A program made the position numbers and the translations under genes. A stretch of 36,581 nt of DNA, from positions 1 through 36,581 of the IMG/VR virus record IMGVR_UViG_3300008339_000210. One strand, given 5' to 3'. Of this stretch, positions 8,445-16,036 are shown one piece after another. This DNA is from a virus (Duplodnaviria; Caudoviricetes). Position 1 is the stretch's first letter. The number at the start of each line of letters is the position of its first letter. Below the pieces are notes generated by a model. That model was not told the origin of the DNA. It saw only the letters and a program-made list of their open reading frames with translations, and did no database searches.

Positions 8445-8706
8445 AAATTTCTATTGTTTCGTTGTTGTATGTTATTGTGATTAGTTTGGTTGGGTTTTGT
8501 TTGAATAGATTGAATATATTTAACTCATCATCGCTCAACTCTCTTTCCTCAATCTTCAATCCCCACTTTTCAGAGAACTTAGAATCGGTTTTACATTTGT
8601 CGATGAATTCTTGGTATGTGTTAGACTTAAACAATTTTCTAGCAGACTTCTCAGAATATTGTCGATACGCTTCCATCATAATCTGATTGTATTTTTTGTT
8701 ACTCAT
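8437..8706 (-). CDS. ThyA-insert-derived mini-protein, copy 2
   Basis: KYNQI..EAY, EFIDKCKTDSKFSEKWGLKIEERELS, NPTKLITITYNNETIE. Confidence 0.8.
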   Translation of the reverse strand: MSNKKYNQIMMEAYRQYSEKSARKLFKSNTYQEFIDKCKTDSKFSEKWGLKIEERELSDDELNIFNLFKQNPTKLITITYNNETIEIYE

Positions 8707-8740
8707 AAGCAATAATGTTTTGACAACCAAGTACCATTTT

Positions 8741-8959
8741 TCATCTCAGACGGGTATCACGGTAAATATATTGCTCAAATGCTTTTATTTGGTCATCTGA
8801 TATTTGGCATAAATTGTCAATGATTTCATATGGGTCAACATCTCTAACAAGCATTTGAATAACTCTGTTAAAGGTTGCTGAATTTTTGTATCGTTCTTTC
8901 CCATTTTTGAAACGAGCAATACATTCATCTGTTTTGCGGTAAAATTCTTCCTGTGTCAT
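8741..8959 (-). CDS. hypothetical protein starting MTQEEF
   Basis: 72-aa ORF. Confidence 0.65.
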   Translation of the reverse strand: MTQEEFYRKTDECIARFKNGKERYKNSATFNRVIQMLVRDVDPYEIIDNLCQISDDQIKAFEQYIYRDTRLR

Positions 8960-9063
8960 AATATTTGTTTTGATTTTTTATCACTATCATTTTTAATAAT
9001 CTTGGTTTGAGTATAATTTTCATACGCATCATCAATAATCTGATTGTATTTTTCGTTATTCAT
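8956..9063 (-). pseudogene. truncated third mini-ThyA copy (35 aa)
   Basis: MNNEKYNQIIDDAYENYTQTKIIKNDSDKKSKQIL*, stop overlaps the ATG of MTQEEF. Confidence 0.6.
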
Positions 9064-9812
9064 AGTTCTGTTGTTGGTTTAAGCCACATATCTTTCCCAA
9101 ACATGGTTTCAACAATTCTTGGGTTGATACGATCAATTTCGGACATCAAGCGTAGGGTTTTAACTGTATCATGTTTCATCATTTTGAATACTTCTTCCCG
9201 AATTCTTTCCTGTGAAACAACCGTTTCAAGTTTATTAATAACACTATCCATCAAACACGTTTCCCAAATTCTAGGAGAGATAGTAAATTCTTTTGTAATT
9301 GAAAACCTGAAAGCCCTTATTAGTCTCAATGGATCATCCAACATGGTGATCCGAGAATCTAGAGGTGTTATAAGCATTTTTGCTTCCAATGCCCACATTC
9401 CATCAAAATAATCAATAATGGAACCGTCCTGATCCTTTGCCAAGGCATTCAATGTAAAGTCCCTTCGAGACAAATCATCATAAAGAGTACCTGGTACTAC
9501 AATAGGTTGGCGGCTATTTTGGATATAACCCTCTTCTTTCCTAGCCATTACAAAATCAGCAACCAAACCCTTGTTTTCATGAGTGAAAGGGAACTTAGCC
9601 CTGATTGTAAAACAGGAAGGGGTTCTAAGGAAAATTTCAAATCCTCGAAGTTCAAGTTCAGATACCAACACATCAAACATTTGATATGGGTTAGTAATTT
9701 CTGTGAGGAGTTCATCACAAGGTACTGCTGTATAGTCAATATCTTTTGATTTGATACCTAATAGTTCATCTCGAACTGATCCGCCTACCTGATAGAGTTT
9801 GAAGTTTTGCAT
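9060..9812 (-). CDS. cca: tRNA nucleotidyltransferase (CCA-adding / polyA polymerase family)
   Basis: VGGSVRD, KDIDY, DLSRRDFTLNALA, DDPLRLIRAFRF, SQERIREE. Confidence 0.9.
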   Translation of the reverse strand: MQNFKLYQVGGSVRDELLGIKSKDIDYTAVPCDELLTEITNPYQMFDVLVSELELRGFEIFLRTPSCFTIRAKFPFTHENKGLVADFVMARKEEGYIQNSRQPIVVPGTLYDDLSRRDFTLNALAKDQDGSIIDYFDGMWALEAKMLITPLDSRITMLDDPLRLIRAFRFSITKEFTISPRIWETCLMDSVINKLETVVSQERIREEVFKMMKHDTVKTLRLMSEIDRINPRIVETMFGKDMWLKPTTEL

Positions 9813-9832
9813 AACTTATTTCTTATTACCCT

Positions 9833-9865
9833 GTAAATATACGAAAGGGATTTGCGAGAACCAAA
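9833..9865 (-). promoter_or_regulatory. Bacteroidota-type promoter with overlapping inverted repeat
   Basis: TTTG-N20-TATATTTAC; GAAAGGGATTTG-N7-CAAATCTCTTTC. Confidence 0.8.
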
Positions 9866-9879
9866 TCTCTTTCTAGATT

Positions 9880-10062
9880 TTAGAAATCTCCATCAAATAG
9901 ATCTTCACCAGCATCAGATACATCTTCTACAACAGATTGGATTAGGTTTTTGGTGGTTGTTGGTTCTTCACCACTTACTATATCTACCGCATCTTTGATT
10001 ACTGCTACTGGAGTTAGTACTGTTTTTACCGCTCCCGAAATAATGTTTGAAAAAAATCCCAT
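9880..10062 (-). CDS. small amphipathic-helix protein
   Basis: 60-aa ORF. Confidence 0.65.
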   Translation of the reverse strand: MGFFSNIISGAVKTVLTPVAVIKDAVDIVSGEEPTTTKNLIQSVVEDVSDAGEDLFDGDF

Positions 10063-10066
10063 AGTT

Positions 10067-10360
10067 TTATTTTATGAATGTTTGTTTAATTTCCTCTAAA
10101 ATGTCTAATTTACCTTGAAAATATTCTTTACCTGATATATTAGTATTAATTATGTTTTTCATATGTTCAATATTTTCCTCCAACCATTCAAATTCTACAT
10201 TAACATGTTCTGGTTGATTATTTAGGTAATGATATTGTTCTTTGGTTATACCTTGCATCAACATATATGCTTCAAAATCTAAATCCAAAGGCCTATATTT
10301 TACTGCCCAGTCTTTAACCCATTGTTTTCTTTTTTGTTCAAATTCTTGTTTGGTCATCAT
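10067..10360 (-). CDS. hypothetical protein
   Basis: 97-aa ORF. Confidence 0.65.
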   Translation of the reverse strand: MMTKQEFEQKRKQWVKDWAVKYRPLDLDFEAYMLMQGITKEQYHYLNNQPEHVNVEFEWLEENIEHMKNIINTNISGKEYFQGKLDILEEIKQTFIK

Positions 10361-10363
10361 AAT

Positions 10364-10939
10364 TTAAATTGTTTTATCTCCTTTTTTCCAATTGGCTGGA
10401 CACATTCCTTGTGTTTTTTGAATTTGATTATAGGCCTCAATTAATCTAATATATTCGAAAATATTTCTTCCTATAGACATATGATTTACAGATTCATAAA
10501 ACACAATTCCATTTTCATCCAACAAATAAGTTACTCTATTTGGTACATTATCTCCTATACATTCACTATCAGAAGTATCATAATCTAAAATACCTAAAAC
10601 CTTAGATAATTGTCTTGTACTATCTGATAGTATTGGGAAGGTAATACCTTCGATTCCACCTTTATTTTTGGGTGTTTTCAGCCATGCATTATGAACCTCA
10701 ATTGTATCACAACTAATTGCAAATACTTTAGTGTTTAATTCATCAAACCTAGATAGATGTTCTTGCAAAGCAAACAATTCAGTGGGGCATACTGTTGAGA
10801 AATCTTTAGGATACCAAAACAACAATATTTTTGAATTATAACTAATTGCCTCATGGTAAATATCTATCATTTGTTGGGGGTTTGACATATTTACTTTTTT
10901 AAGTAAATAATATGTTGGGAATGGTTTTCCTATAATCAT
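10364..10939 (-). CDS. ahpC: 2-Cys peroxiredoxin (AhpC/TSA)
   Basis: YPKDFSTVCPTEL, GRN, MCPANWKKG. Confidence 0.92.
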   Translation of the reverse strand: MIIGKPFPTYYLLKKVNMSNPQQMIDIYHEAISYNSKILLFWYPKDFSTVCPTELFALQEHLSRFDELNTKVFAISCDTIEVHNAWLKTPKNKGGIEGITFPILSDSTRQLSKVLGILDYDTSDSECIGDNVPNRVTYLLDENGIVFYESVNHMSIGRNIFEYIRLIEAYNQIQKTQGMCPANWKKGDKTI

Positions 10940-11253
10940 AATTGTGTTAATTGATAAATATTATTTTTTGTTTTAAATTTAAGATATGATAAATTGTTTC
11001 CTATTTCAAGTATTTCAACAATAGGGGTTGTTTGCCAAGTAAAAAATTGATTAAAAGGAGACATAAGTAATGATAAACCCACAGCTGGAAATGGATACTG
11101 TTGTTTAAACCATCCTTTTTCATCCCATTCTATCCAAGTTACAGCCTCAGACATTTTAACCATTCCATCACTTTCCCGAACCAATTTCCATTTATGTACT
11201 ACTGGTTCATCAGTTAGATGAATTGGGATTTTTGGTTGATTTATTTTACTCAT
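10936..11253 (-). CDS. hypothetical phage protein
   Basis: 105-aa ORF, FTWQTTPIVEI...FKTKNNIY. Confidence 0.75.
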   Translation of the reverse strand: MSKINQPKIPIHLTDEPVVHKWKLVRESDGMVKMSEAVTWIEWDEKGWFKQQYPFPAVGLSLLMSPFNQFFTWQTTPIVEILEIGNNLSYLKFKTKNNIYQLTQL

Positions 11254-11696
11254 TTTTTTATTATAATCAGATATGATGGAAGACTGTTTGCATCACTGGT
11301 ACATGGGATAAAATTTTCAATTATCATTCCTTTAAATGATTCATCAAACATACCCATATCATAACCACTATATAAGTATGGACCACCACTGGCGTCAACC
11401 ATATCAATTTTGGTTTTATCTGAGTAGATTAACTTAGCATATTTTTGTGAAGTTTCACTCATTGAGATGTAATTTCCTTCAACATCTGTAACAACAGCAT
11501 GAGCCTCTGTTTTGAAATCTTCAAAATTTAATTTACCCCCATCTTCAATATATTGATTGTAAGCATCATCATAAACATTAGGATTACCATACCTACACCA
11601 CTCAAAATCCCCCTCCCACAAAATATTTCCACCTTGGGTTTTAGTCAAAGTATAAACACTATTATACCTATTTGAATATTTTATTGATTGATTCAT
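11250..11696 (-). CDS. hypothetical phage protein
   Basis: 148-aa ORF, NRY...MVDASGGPYL. Confidence 0.75.
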   Translation of the reverse strand: MNQSIKYSNRYNSVYTLTKTQGGNILWEGDFEWCRYGNPNVYDDAYNQYIEDGGKLNFEDFKTEAHAVVTDVEGNYISMSETSQKYAKLIYSDKTKIDMVDASGGPYLYSGYDMGMFDESFKGMIIENFIPCTSDANSLPSYLIIIKK

Positions 11697-12130
11697 GGTT
11701 TTATATTATATTTTTTAATAAATTCCTGTCTTACCAATTCTCCTACCCCAACATCAAGCCATTCTGCATCTTTTGGTATTTCACAAAGACTTTCTGGGTA
11801 TGTCAGTATTTCGTCAATACTTTTACTAACATATGTTTTGATTTGAATTTGTTGTTTTTTGGTTTTGTATACCACTGATACAGATTCACCATTGTAAGGA
11901 CGGTTTTTAACAATTTTAAAGTCCTCATCAAGTTGGAAGTCTTTAGGGTAAACTGTTTCTGTTTTGTAAGGACCATTTTTGGTTTTATTCACATCATAAA
12001 AATATGTTGTTTTATTACCTTGATCCCTTACCTTTTCATGTTCATATTGGAAAAACACCCGTTCAAACTTTTCTGGCATAGGCTCAGTGTTGATTGCGGG
12101 TCTACCTCTTTTTTCTGTTTTGTTGTCCAT
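11693..12130 (-). CDS. hypothetical protein with AT-hook-like KRGRP
   Basis: 145-aa ORF directly after a promoter. Confidence 0.7.
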   Translation of the reverse strand: MDNKTEKRGRPAINTEPMPEKFERVFFQYEHEKVRDQGNKTTYFYDVNKTKNGPYKTETVYPKDFQLDEDFKIVKNRPYNGESVSVVYKTKKQQIQIKTYVSKSIDEILTYPESLCEIPKDAEWLDVGVGELVRQEFIKKYNIKP

Positions 12131-12150
12131 AACCTGTTTTTCTTACCCCA

Positions 12151-12182
12151 TCAATATACGAAAGAAGATTTGGATTTCCAAA
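12151..12182 (-). promoter_or_regulatory. Bacteroidota-type promoter
   Basis: TTTG-N20-TATATTGA. Confidence 0.7.
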
Positions 12183-12189
12183 TCTCTTT
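12161..12189 (-). terminator. hairpin overlapping the promoter; possible intrinsic terminator
   Basis: minus strand AGATTTGG-AAAT-CCAAATCT followed by TCTTT, right after the stop of 12190..12435. Confidence 0.5.
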
Positions 12190-12435
12190 TTAAATACTCA
12201 AACCTTTTACACCTTTAAGGTCAGCACCTTTAAGGTCAGCACCTGCAAGGTAAGCATTTTCAAGGTCAGCACCTACAAGGTAAGCACCTTCAAGGTCAGC
12301 ACCTACAAGGTAAGCACCTTCAAGGTCAGCACCTACAAGGTTAGCAAATTTAAGGTCAGCACGTTTACCTGTAGGATCACCTTTGAGCCAAAGGGAGTGA
12401 AGGTCTAGGATATTTTGGATTTCTACTTGTTTCAT
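12190..12435 (-). CDS. pentapeptide repeat protein
   Basis: HSLWL..G.RADL then about ten A(D/Y/N)Lxx repeats. Confidence 0.9.
   Translation of the reverse strand: MKQVEIQNILDLHSLWLKGDPTGKRADLKFANLVGADLEGAYLVGADLEGAYLVGADLENAYLAGADLKGADLKGVKGLSI
12211..12360. repeat. 15/30-nt coding tandem repeat
   Basis: caaggtcagcacctacaaggtaagcacctt repeated; encodes the pentapeptide repeats. Confidence 0.9.
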
Positions 12436-12461
12436 AACTGTTTTGTTTTTCTTATTACAAC

Positions 12462-12494
12462 GTAAATATACGAAAGGGATTTGCGAGGGCCAAA
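12462..12494 (-). promoter_or_regulatory. Bacteroidota-type promoter
   Basis: TTTG-N20-TATATTTAC. Confidence 0.8.
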
Positions 12495-12526
12495 TTTTTG
12501 ATATGACTCTTTCCTGAAGATAAAAT

Positions 12527-12877
12527 TTAATTTTCCATTAATACTTTAAACAATGCTTTTTCTATAATATATCCATTGTTGATAAAGTGTTTTAAACTAT
12601 TTACGTTACAATGAGCATAAACTGTTTTTTCTGTAGATTTTAGAGTAGCTGATCTATAGTCCCACAACATTTTATAAATACCTTTATTTCTAAATTCCTC
12701 TAAAACAAAAGCATGACATAAATATATTACCGCAGGATGTTCAACATATGAAACTATTCCTACCAATTGATTATTTACCAAACAACCAAAGTAAGTAGCA
12801 GCCAAATCCAACAAATCAGGTTTGATTTCTTGGAATGCTGTTTCTACCTCTTTGTAAGTAACCTTTCTAATTTCCAT
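12527..12877 (-). CDS. GNAT family N-acetyltransferase
   Basis: VLEEFRNKGIY acetyl-CoA motif; NSLKHFINNGY. Confidence 0.85.
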   Translation of the reverse strand: MEIRKVTYKEVETAFQEIKPDLLDLAATYFGCLVNNQLVGIVSYVEHPAVIYLCHAFVLEEFRNKGIYKMLWDYRSATLKSTEKTVYAHCNVNSLKHFINNGYIIEKALFKVLMEN

Positions 12878-12879
12878 AA

Positions 12880-13035
12880 TTATTCTTCCTCTTCGAACCC
12901 ATCATTTAAGGTAGAATCCCATTCTGTAAATTCTTTCAAAAAATCAAAATGATATTCAATCCACTGTTCAAAACTCCAATCACATTCAGGATTGTTTTGG
13001 ATATAGATTTTGTATTGGGTGTTTAAAGTAGTCAT
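12880..13035 (-). CDS. small acidic protein (51 aa, not in ORF track)
   Basis: MTTLNTQYKIY...EWDSTLNDGFEEEE; fills the gap exactly. Confidence 0.6.
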   Translation of the reverse strand: MTTLNTQYKIYIQNNPECDWSFEQWIEYHFDFLKEFTEWDSTLNDGFEEEE

Positions 13036-13742
13036 TAGTATGTTTTAAATTTAAGTGTATTTATAATTCCATTGGCCATTTTCCTATGTCCAGAGGCCGA
13101 CATGTGACAAATAAAATCATCACAGTCTCCATCTTGTCTTGAAATAAAATGATTTTTTACAATAGTACTATATTTTACTTGTGTTTGAATTTGTTGTTGT
13201 AAAATAATATATTTATTTACATAAAAATCCCAATTGTTGTTATGAGCAGACACATCAATACAAGATTGAGGGTCAAATCCAGTCAATACAATGGGTTTAA
13301 TATTGAAATTATTACAGATGTTTACCATTTTTTGGATATTGGAAATAGTACTATCAATTGGGTAATAAGAAGCAGCATCGTTTGCACCTCCCCAAATAAA
13401 ACAATAATCATAACTGGTGTCTACATTTTTTAACAATTGTTGTAACATCCAATCTGTTCGTTTTCCTCCAATGGCTGTATTTTTATATTGCATTCTAGTT
13501 TTTGAACAAAGTTGGTGTTGCCAACCCCCATCATAAACTGAATGAGAATCTCCTATAAATAAGGTTTTTTTCCCCGATACATCTGTTTCTGTGGGTTGAA
13601 TTGTTGTAGTATCTTTAATATTATAACTATCATATTTATTTTTAATAGTAGGGGAAACTGAGTTGATAAATAAGATAACTAAACAAATAGATAATACAAA
13701 GGGGAATACTATTTCTATGGGATATTTTGGGTATTTTTTCAT
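13035..13742 (-). CDS. membrane-anchored SGNH/GDSL hydrolase
   Basis: N-terminal TM; FIGDSH, GGAND, DFICH. Confidence 0.85.
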   Translation of the reverse strand: MKKYPKYPIEIVFPFVLSICLVILFINSVSPTIKNKYDSYNIKDTTTIQPTETDVSGKKTLFIGDSHSVYDGGWQHQLCSKTRMQYKNTAIGGKRTDWMLQQLLKNVDTSYDYCFIWGGANDAASYYPIDSTISNIQKMVNICNNFNIKPIVLTGFDPQSCIDVSAHNNNWDFYVNKYIILQQQIQTQVKYSTIVKNHFISRQDGDCDDFICHMSASGHRKMANGIINTLKFKTY

Positions 13743-14113
13743 ATAATATGTTTTTTAAATTTTTTGAATTTAATTTTGGTTTTACGTTTAAAACAATTAA
13801 ATATTGATTTTTTGGGTTGAATATATTTATTAAAACATTTTATGGCTTTTTCAAACCCATACCTATTGCTTTGAAATAAATTAAAAAATAATTTTTGTTG
13901 ATAAAAATCTTCAAATACCCATTTGCCATTTCTCATTTCAGCAATTTTTGTTTCTTGAGAAGATTCATGTTTACTAAAGATTTCAAAATAACCTTTGTGA
14001 GATTTAAAAATCAATAATTCACTGTCTTTTAGTCGATGATAATAATTAGGAATTTGCATATTTGAGTAAATGTCTTTCATTTGGTCTAATAAGTGCTTTA
14101 CGAGGTCTATCAT
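13739..14113 (-). CDS. hypothetical protein
   Basis: 124-aa ORF; true start uncertain. Confidence 0.55.
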   Translation of the reverse strand: MIDLVKHLLDQMKDIYSNMQIPNYYHRLKDSELLIFKSHKGYFEIFSKHESSQETKIAEMRNGKWVFEDFYQQKLFFNLFQSNRYGFEKAIKCFNKYIQPKKSIFNCFKRKTKIKFKKFKKHII

Positions 14114-14369
14114 GGATATATTGAATACCAGGTCCTATAGGTTCTTTACAAATAACATTGGTATTCCAATAATACAAAGGGCATTCATAAGGTTCATAAA
14201 TTTGTTGCCCATCTACATAATGAACAAATCTCCTAGGACCATTGTAACTTCTAAATTCCCTACAAGTTACTCGATACCATTTTCCATTTGATAACTGAAC
14301 CTGAGATTCAGGAACAGTATTGAAATAGTATTTGAGTTTTTCTATTTGACCTGTTTTTTCTTTAGGCAT
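14046..14369 (-). CDS. hypothetical phage protein
   Basis: ATG at 14369; WYRVTCREFRSYNGPRR. Confidence 0.7.
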   Translation of the reverse strand: MPKEKTGQIEKLKYYFNTVPESQVQLSNGKWYRVTCREFRSYNGPRRFVHYVDGQQIYEPYECPLYYWNTNVICKEPIGPGIQYIHDRPRKALIRPNERHLLKYANS

Positions 14370-14505
14370 TGGTTGTTTTGATGAATTTAATAAATTCAAT
14401 TAGATCCTCCAACAAAGCTTGAACAGAAGTATTATTCTTGGATTCAGCCACAAATAATATTTCCATTAGTTTGTTATAAATAATTTCTTTTTCAGTTTGG
14501 GTCAT
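14362..14505 (-). CDS. small protein (47 aa, not in ORF track)
   Basis: MTQTEKEIIYNKLMEILFVAESK...; overlaps both neighbours. Confidence 0.5.
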   Translation of the reverse strand: MTQTEKEIIYNKLMEILFVAESKNNTSVQALLEDLIEFIKFIKTTNA

Positions 14506-14728
14506 AATCTAACAATCCTGCGTTTTCAATTGTGTACCAGGCACGCTCTTTCCATACTTCCAATTTTACACCTTCAATTTTATCGTCATCTTTGTAACCA
14601 TTGGATGTATAGTCTGCAAGTTTGAAAATGAGTTGCATAAGTAATTCATCGGCTTTTACAATATCACCTGATTGGAGTACTTGTTTACATTTTTCCCACA
14701 TTGGGGTAACTATATTTGTTTTTTTCAT
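14492..14728 (-). CDS. hypothetical protein
   Basis: 78-aa ORF. Confidence 0.7.
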   Translation of the reverse strand: MKKTNIVTPMWEKCKQVLQSGDIVKADELLMQLIFKLADYTSNGYKDDDKIEGVKLEVWKERAWYTIENAGLLDYDPN

Positions 14729-14734
14729 AACTGT

Positions 14735-14995
14735 TTATTCGTAATTTTTATCTTCAACCAAAATAATATCATAACAAACCACCTTACAATCTATACGTGC
14801 AAAATCTTTGTTGGTTGGATTTGGAGGTGTTTTCCATCCTTCATGGGAATCAACTAAAAGTTTACCTGCCCCACCATTAAAACCTTCTTGTATTCCTCCT
14901 TTTTTTTCCCAAACATTAACACCTTCAATTTCAAGTTTTATTTTAACAAACTTTCCTGTTGGTAGGTGCTTAATTTTATAAATTTTATTATTCAT
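14735..14995 (-). CDS. hypothetical protein
   Basis: 86-aa ORF, YKIKHLPTGKF. Confidence 0.7.
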   Translation of the reverse strand: MNNKIYKIKHLPTGKFVKIKLEIEGVNVWEKKGGIQEGFNGGAGKLLVDSHEGWKTPPNPTNKDFARIDCKVVCYDIILVEDKNYE

Positions 14996-15010
14996 AACTG
15001 TTTTGTTTTA

Positions 15011-15307
15011 TTAGTTAATTCTTTCAAAAATATGTCCTACAAATTCACCTTTTTGATATTGATAAGTACCGATGTATTTCCTATCAACACCCATATCATA
15101 ATGAACATCATGACCAGTTCCAAACAACTCAAAGTAACGTTTTTCACTTTCTTCTTCAGGATTTACTAATGCCCAAATACAAGGGATATTATTTTTTTGA
15201 TCTGTTTGAACAGTCAATATTTCAGCCCCCTTAGGCATAGTAAGTATAAATTCTGTTTCAAACTTATTGTTAGGTAGTGTACTAAATTTCCAAATTGTTT
15301 TTTTCAT
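15011..15307 (-). CDS. hypothetical phage protein
   Basis: ATG at 15307; MPKGAEILTVQ..PCIWALV..FGTGH..YIGTYQ. Confidence 0.75.
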   Translation of the reverse strand: MKKTIWKFSTLPNNKFETEFILTMPKGAEILTVQTDQKNNIPCIWALVNPEEESEKRYFELFGTGHDVHYDMGVDRKYIGTYQYQKGEFVGHIFERIN

Positions 15308-15333
15308 AACTGTTTTATTTTTGTTATTACATT

Positions 15334-15366
15334 GTAAATATACGAACAAAATTTTGAAATTCCAAA
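15334..15366 (-). promoter_or_regulatory. Bacteroidota-type promoter
   Basis: TTTG-N20-TATATTTAC. Confidence 0.8.
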
Positions 15367-15388
15367 TGACTCTTTTCTGAATGGGTTC

Positions 15389-15958
15389 TTAATTCCACCA
15401 TCCCTCCAATTTTTGTTCCAAAATTTTAAACAATAATTTTCTTGCTTTTAAGTGTCTTTCAATACCCATAGCCATACCCAAACCTTTAGGAGACCTAACA
15501 TAACCTCGATATCTTGGGTTTTTTAGTACTGCTTTTTTAGTATTTGGGTATTTTGAAATATATTGGGCCGTATTATCATCAATATTGATAATATTTACCT
15601 CATGTAAGTTATTATTTATTGGCTTAAATTCTAAATCATCTATAGTATAGGCCAATATTTCTTGTTGATAATAGTCGGTTTTAATTTTTTCAATTAACTG
15701 TTCACAAATTCTCATATACCGAACCTCATCTTCCCATCCTTCAAATGTTTGTTTTTTTTCAATATAGTTGGCAGTGTTTTTTATTTTGAATTCTAATACA
15801 TCCAAAATAAAACTATGGTCATAATCTCTATCTTTCCAAACAATAGGAAACCATTTCCATACGTTTTTACAACCTGTAATAAACTTATGAGGGGTGTATT
15901 TGGCTTCCCATTTAACCCATCGATAAAGTTTCCAATACCATTGATTATAACTTTTCAT
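15389..15958 (-). CDS. hypothetical phage protein
   Basis: WKWFPIVWKDRDYD...LFKILEQKLEGWWN. Confidence 0.75.
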   Translation of the reverse strand: MKSYNQWYWKLYRWVKWEAKYTPHKFITGCKNVWKWFPIVWKDRDYDHSFILDVLEFKIKNTANYIEKKQTFEGWEDEVRYMRICEQLIEKIKTDYYQQEILAYTIDDLEFKPINNNLHEVNIINIDDNTAQYISKYPNTKKAVLKNPRYRGYVRSPKGLGMAMGIERHLKARKLLFKILEQKLEGWWN

Positions 15959-15962
15959 TTTG

Positions 15963-16036
15963 TGGACCCTGTAGGGATTGAACCTACGACCTACTGATTA
16001 TGAGTCAGTTGCTCTAACCTACTGAGCTAAGAGTCC
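15963..16036 (-). tRNA. tRNA with CAU anticodon, probably Ile2 (lysidine type); no encoded CCA
   Basis: GGACTCT-TAGCTCAGTAGGTTAGAGC-A-ACTGA-CTCATAA-TCAGT-AGGTC-GTAGG-TTCAATC-CCTAC-AGGGTCC-A cloverleaf, ileX-like. Confidence 0.93.

Larger units (their letters stand above)
8165..9067. repeat. exact 31-nt direct repeat aatctgattgtatttttcgttattcatagtt at 8165-8195 and 9037-9067 (degenerate copy near 8680-8707)
   Basis: read directly; covers the start of the mini-ThyA genes. Confidence 0.9.

Noticed and set aside
1311-9067. Diversity-generating retroelement behind the paralog families
   Set aside because: No reverse transcriptase in the window, and the differences are indels and general divergence, not adenine-specific
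12211-12360. Regular repeats resembling a CRISPR array
   Set aside because: No unique spacers; the 15-nt period is in frame and encodes pentapeptide repeats
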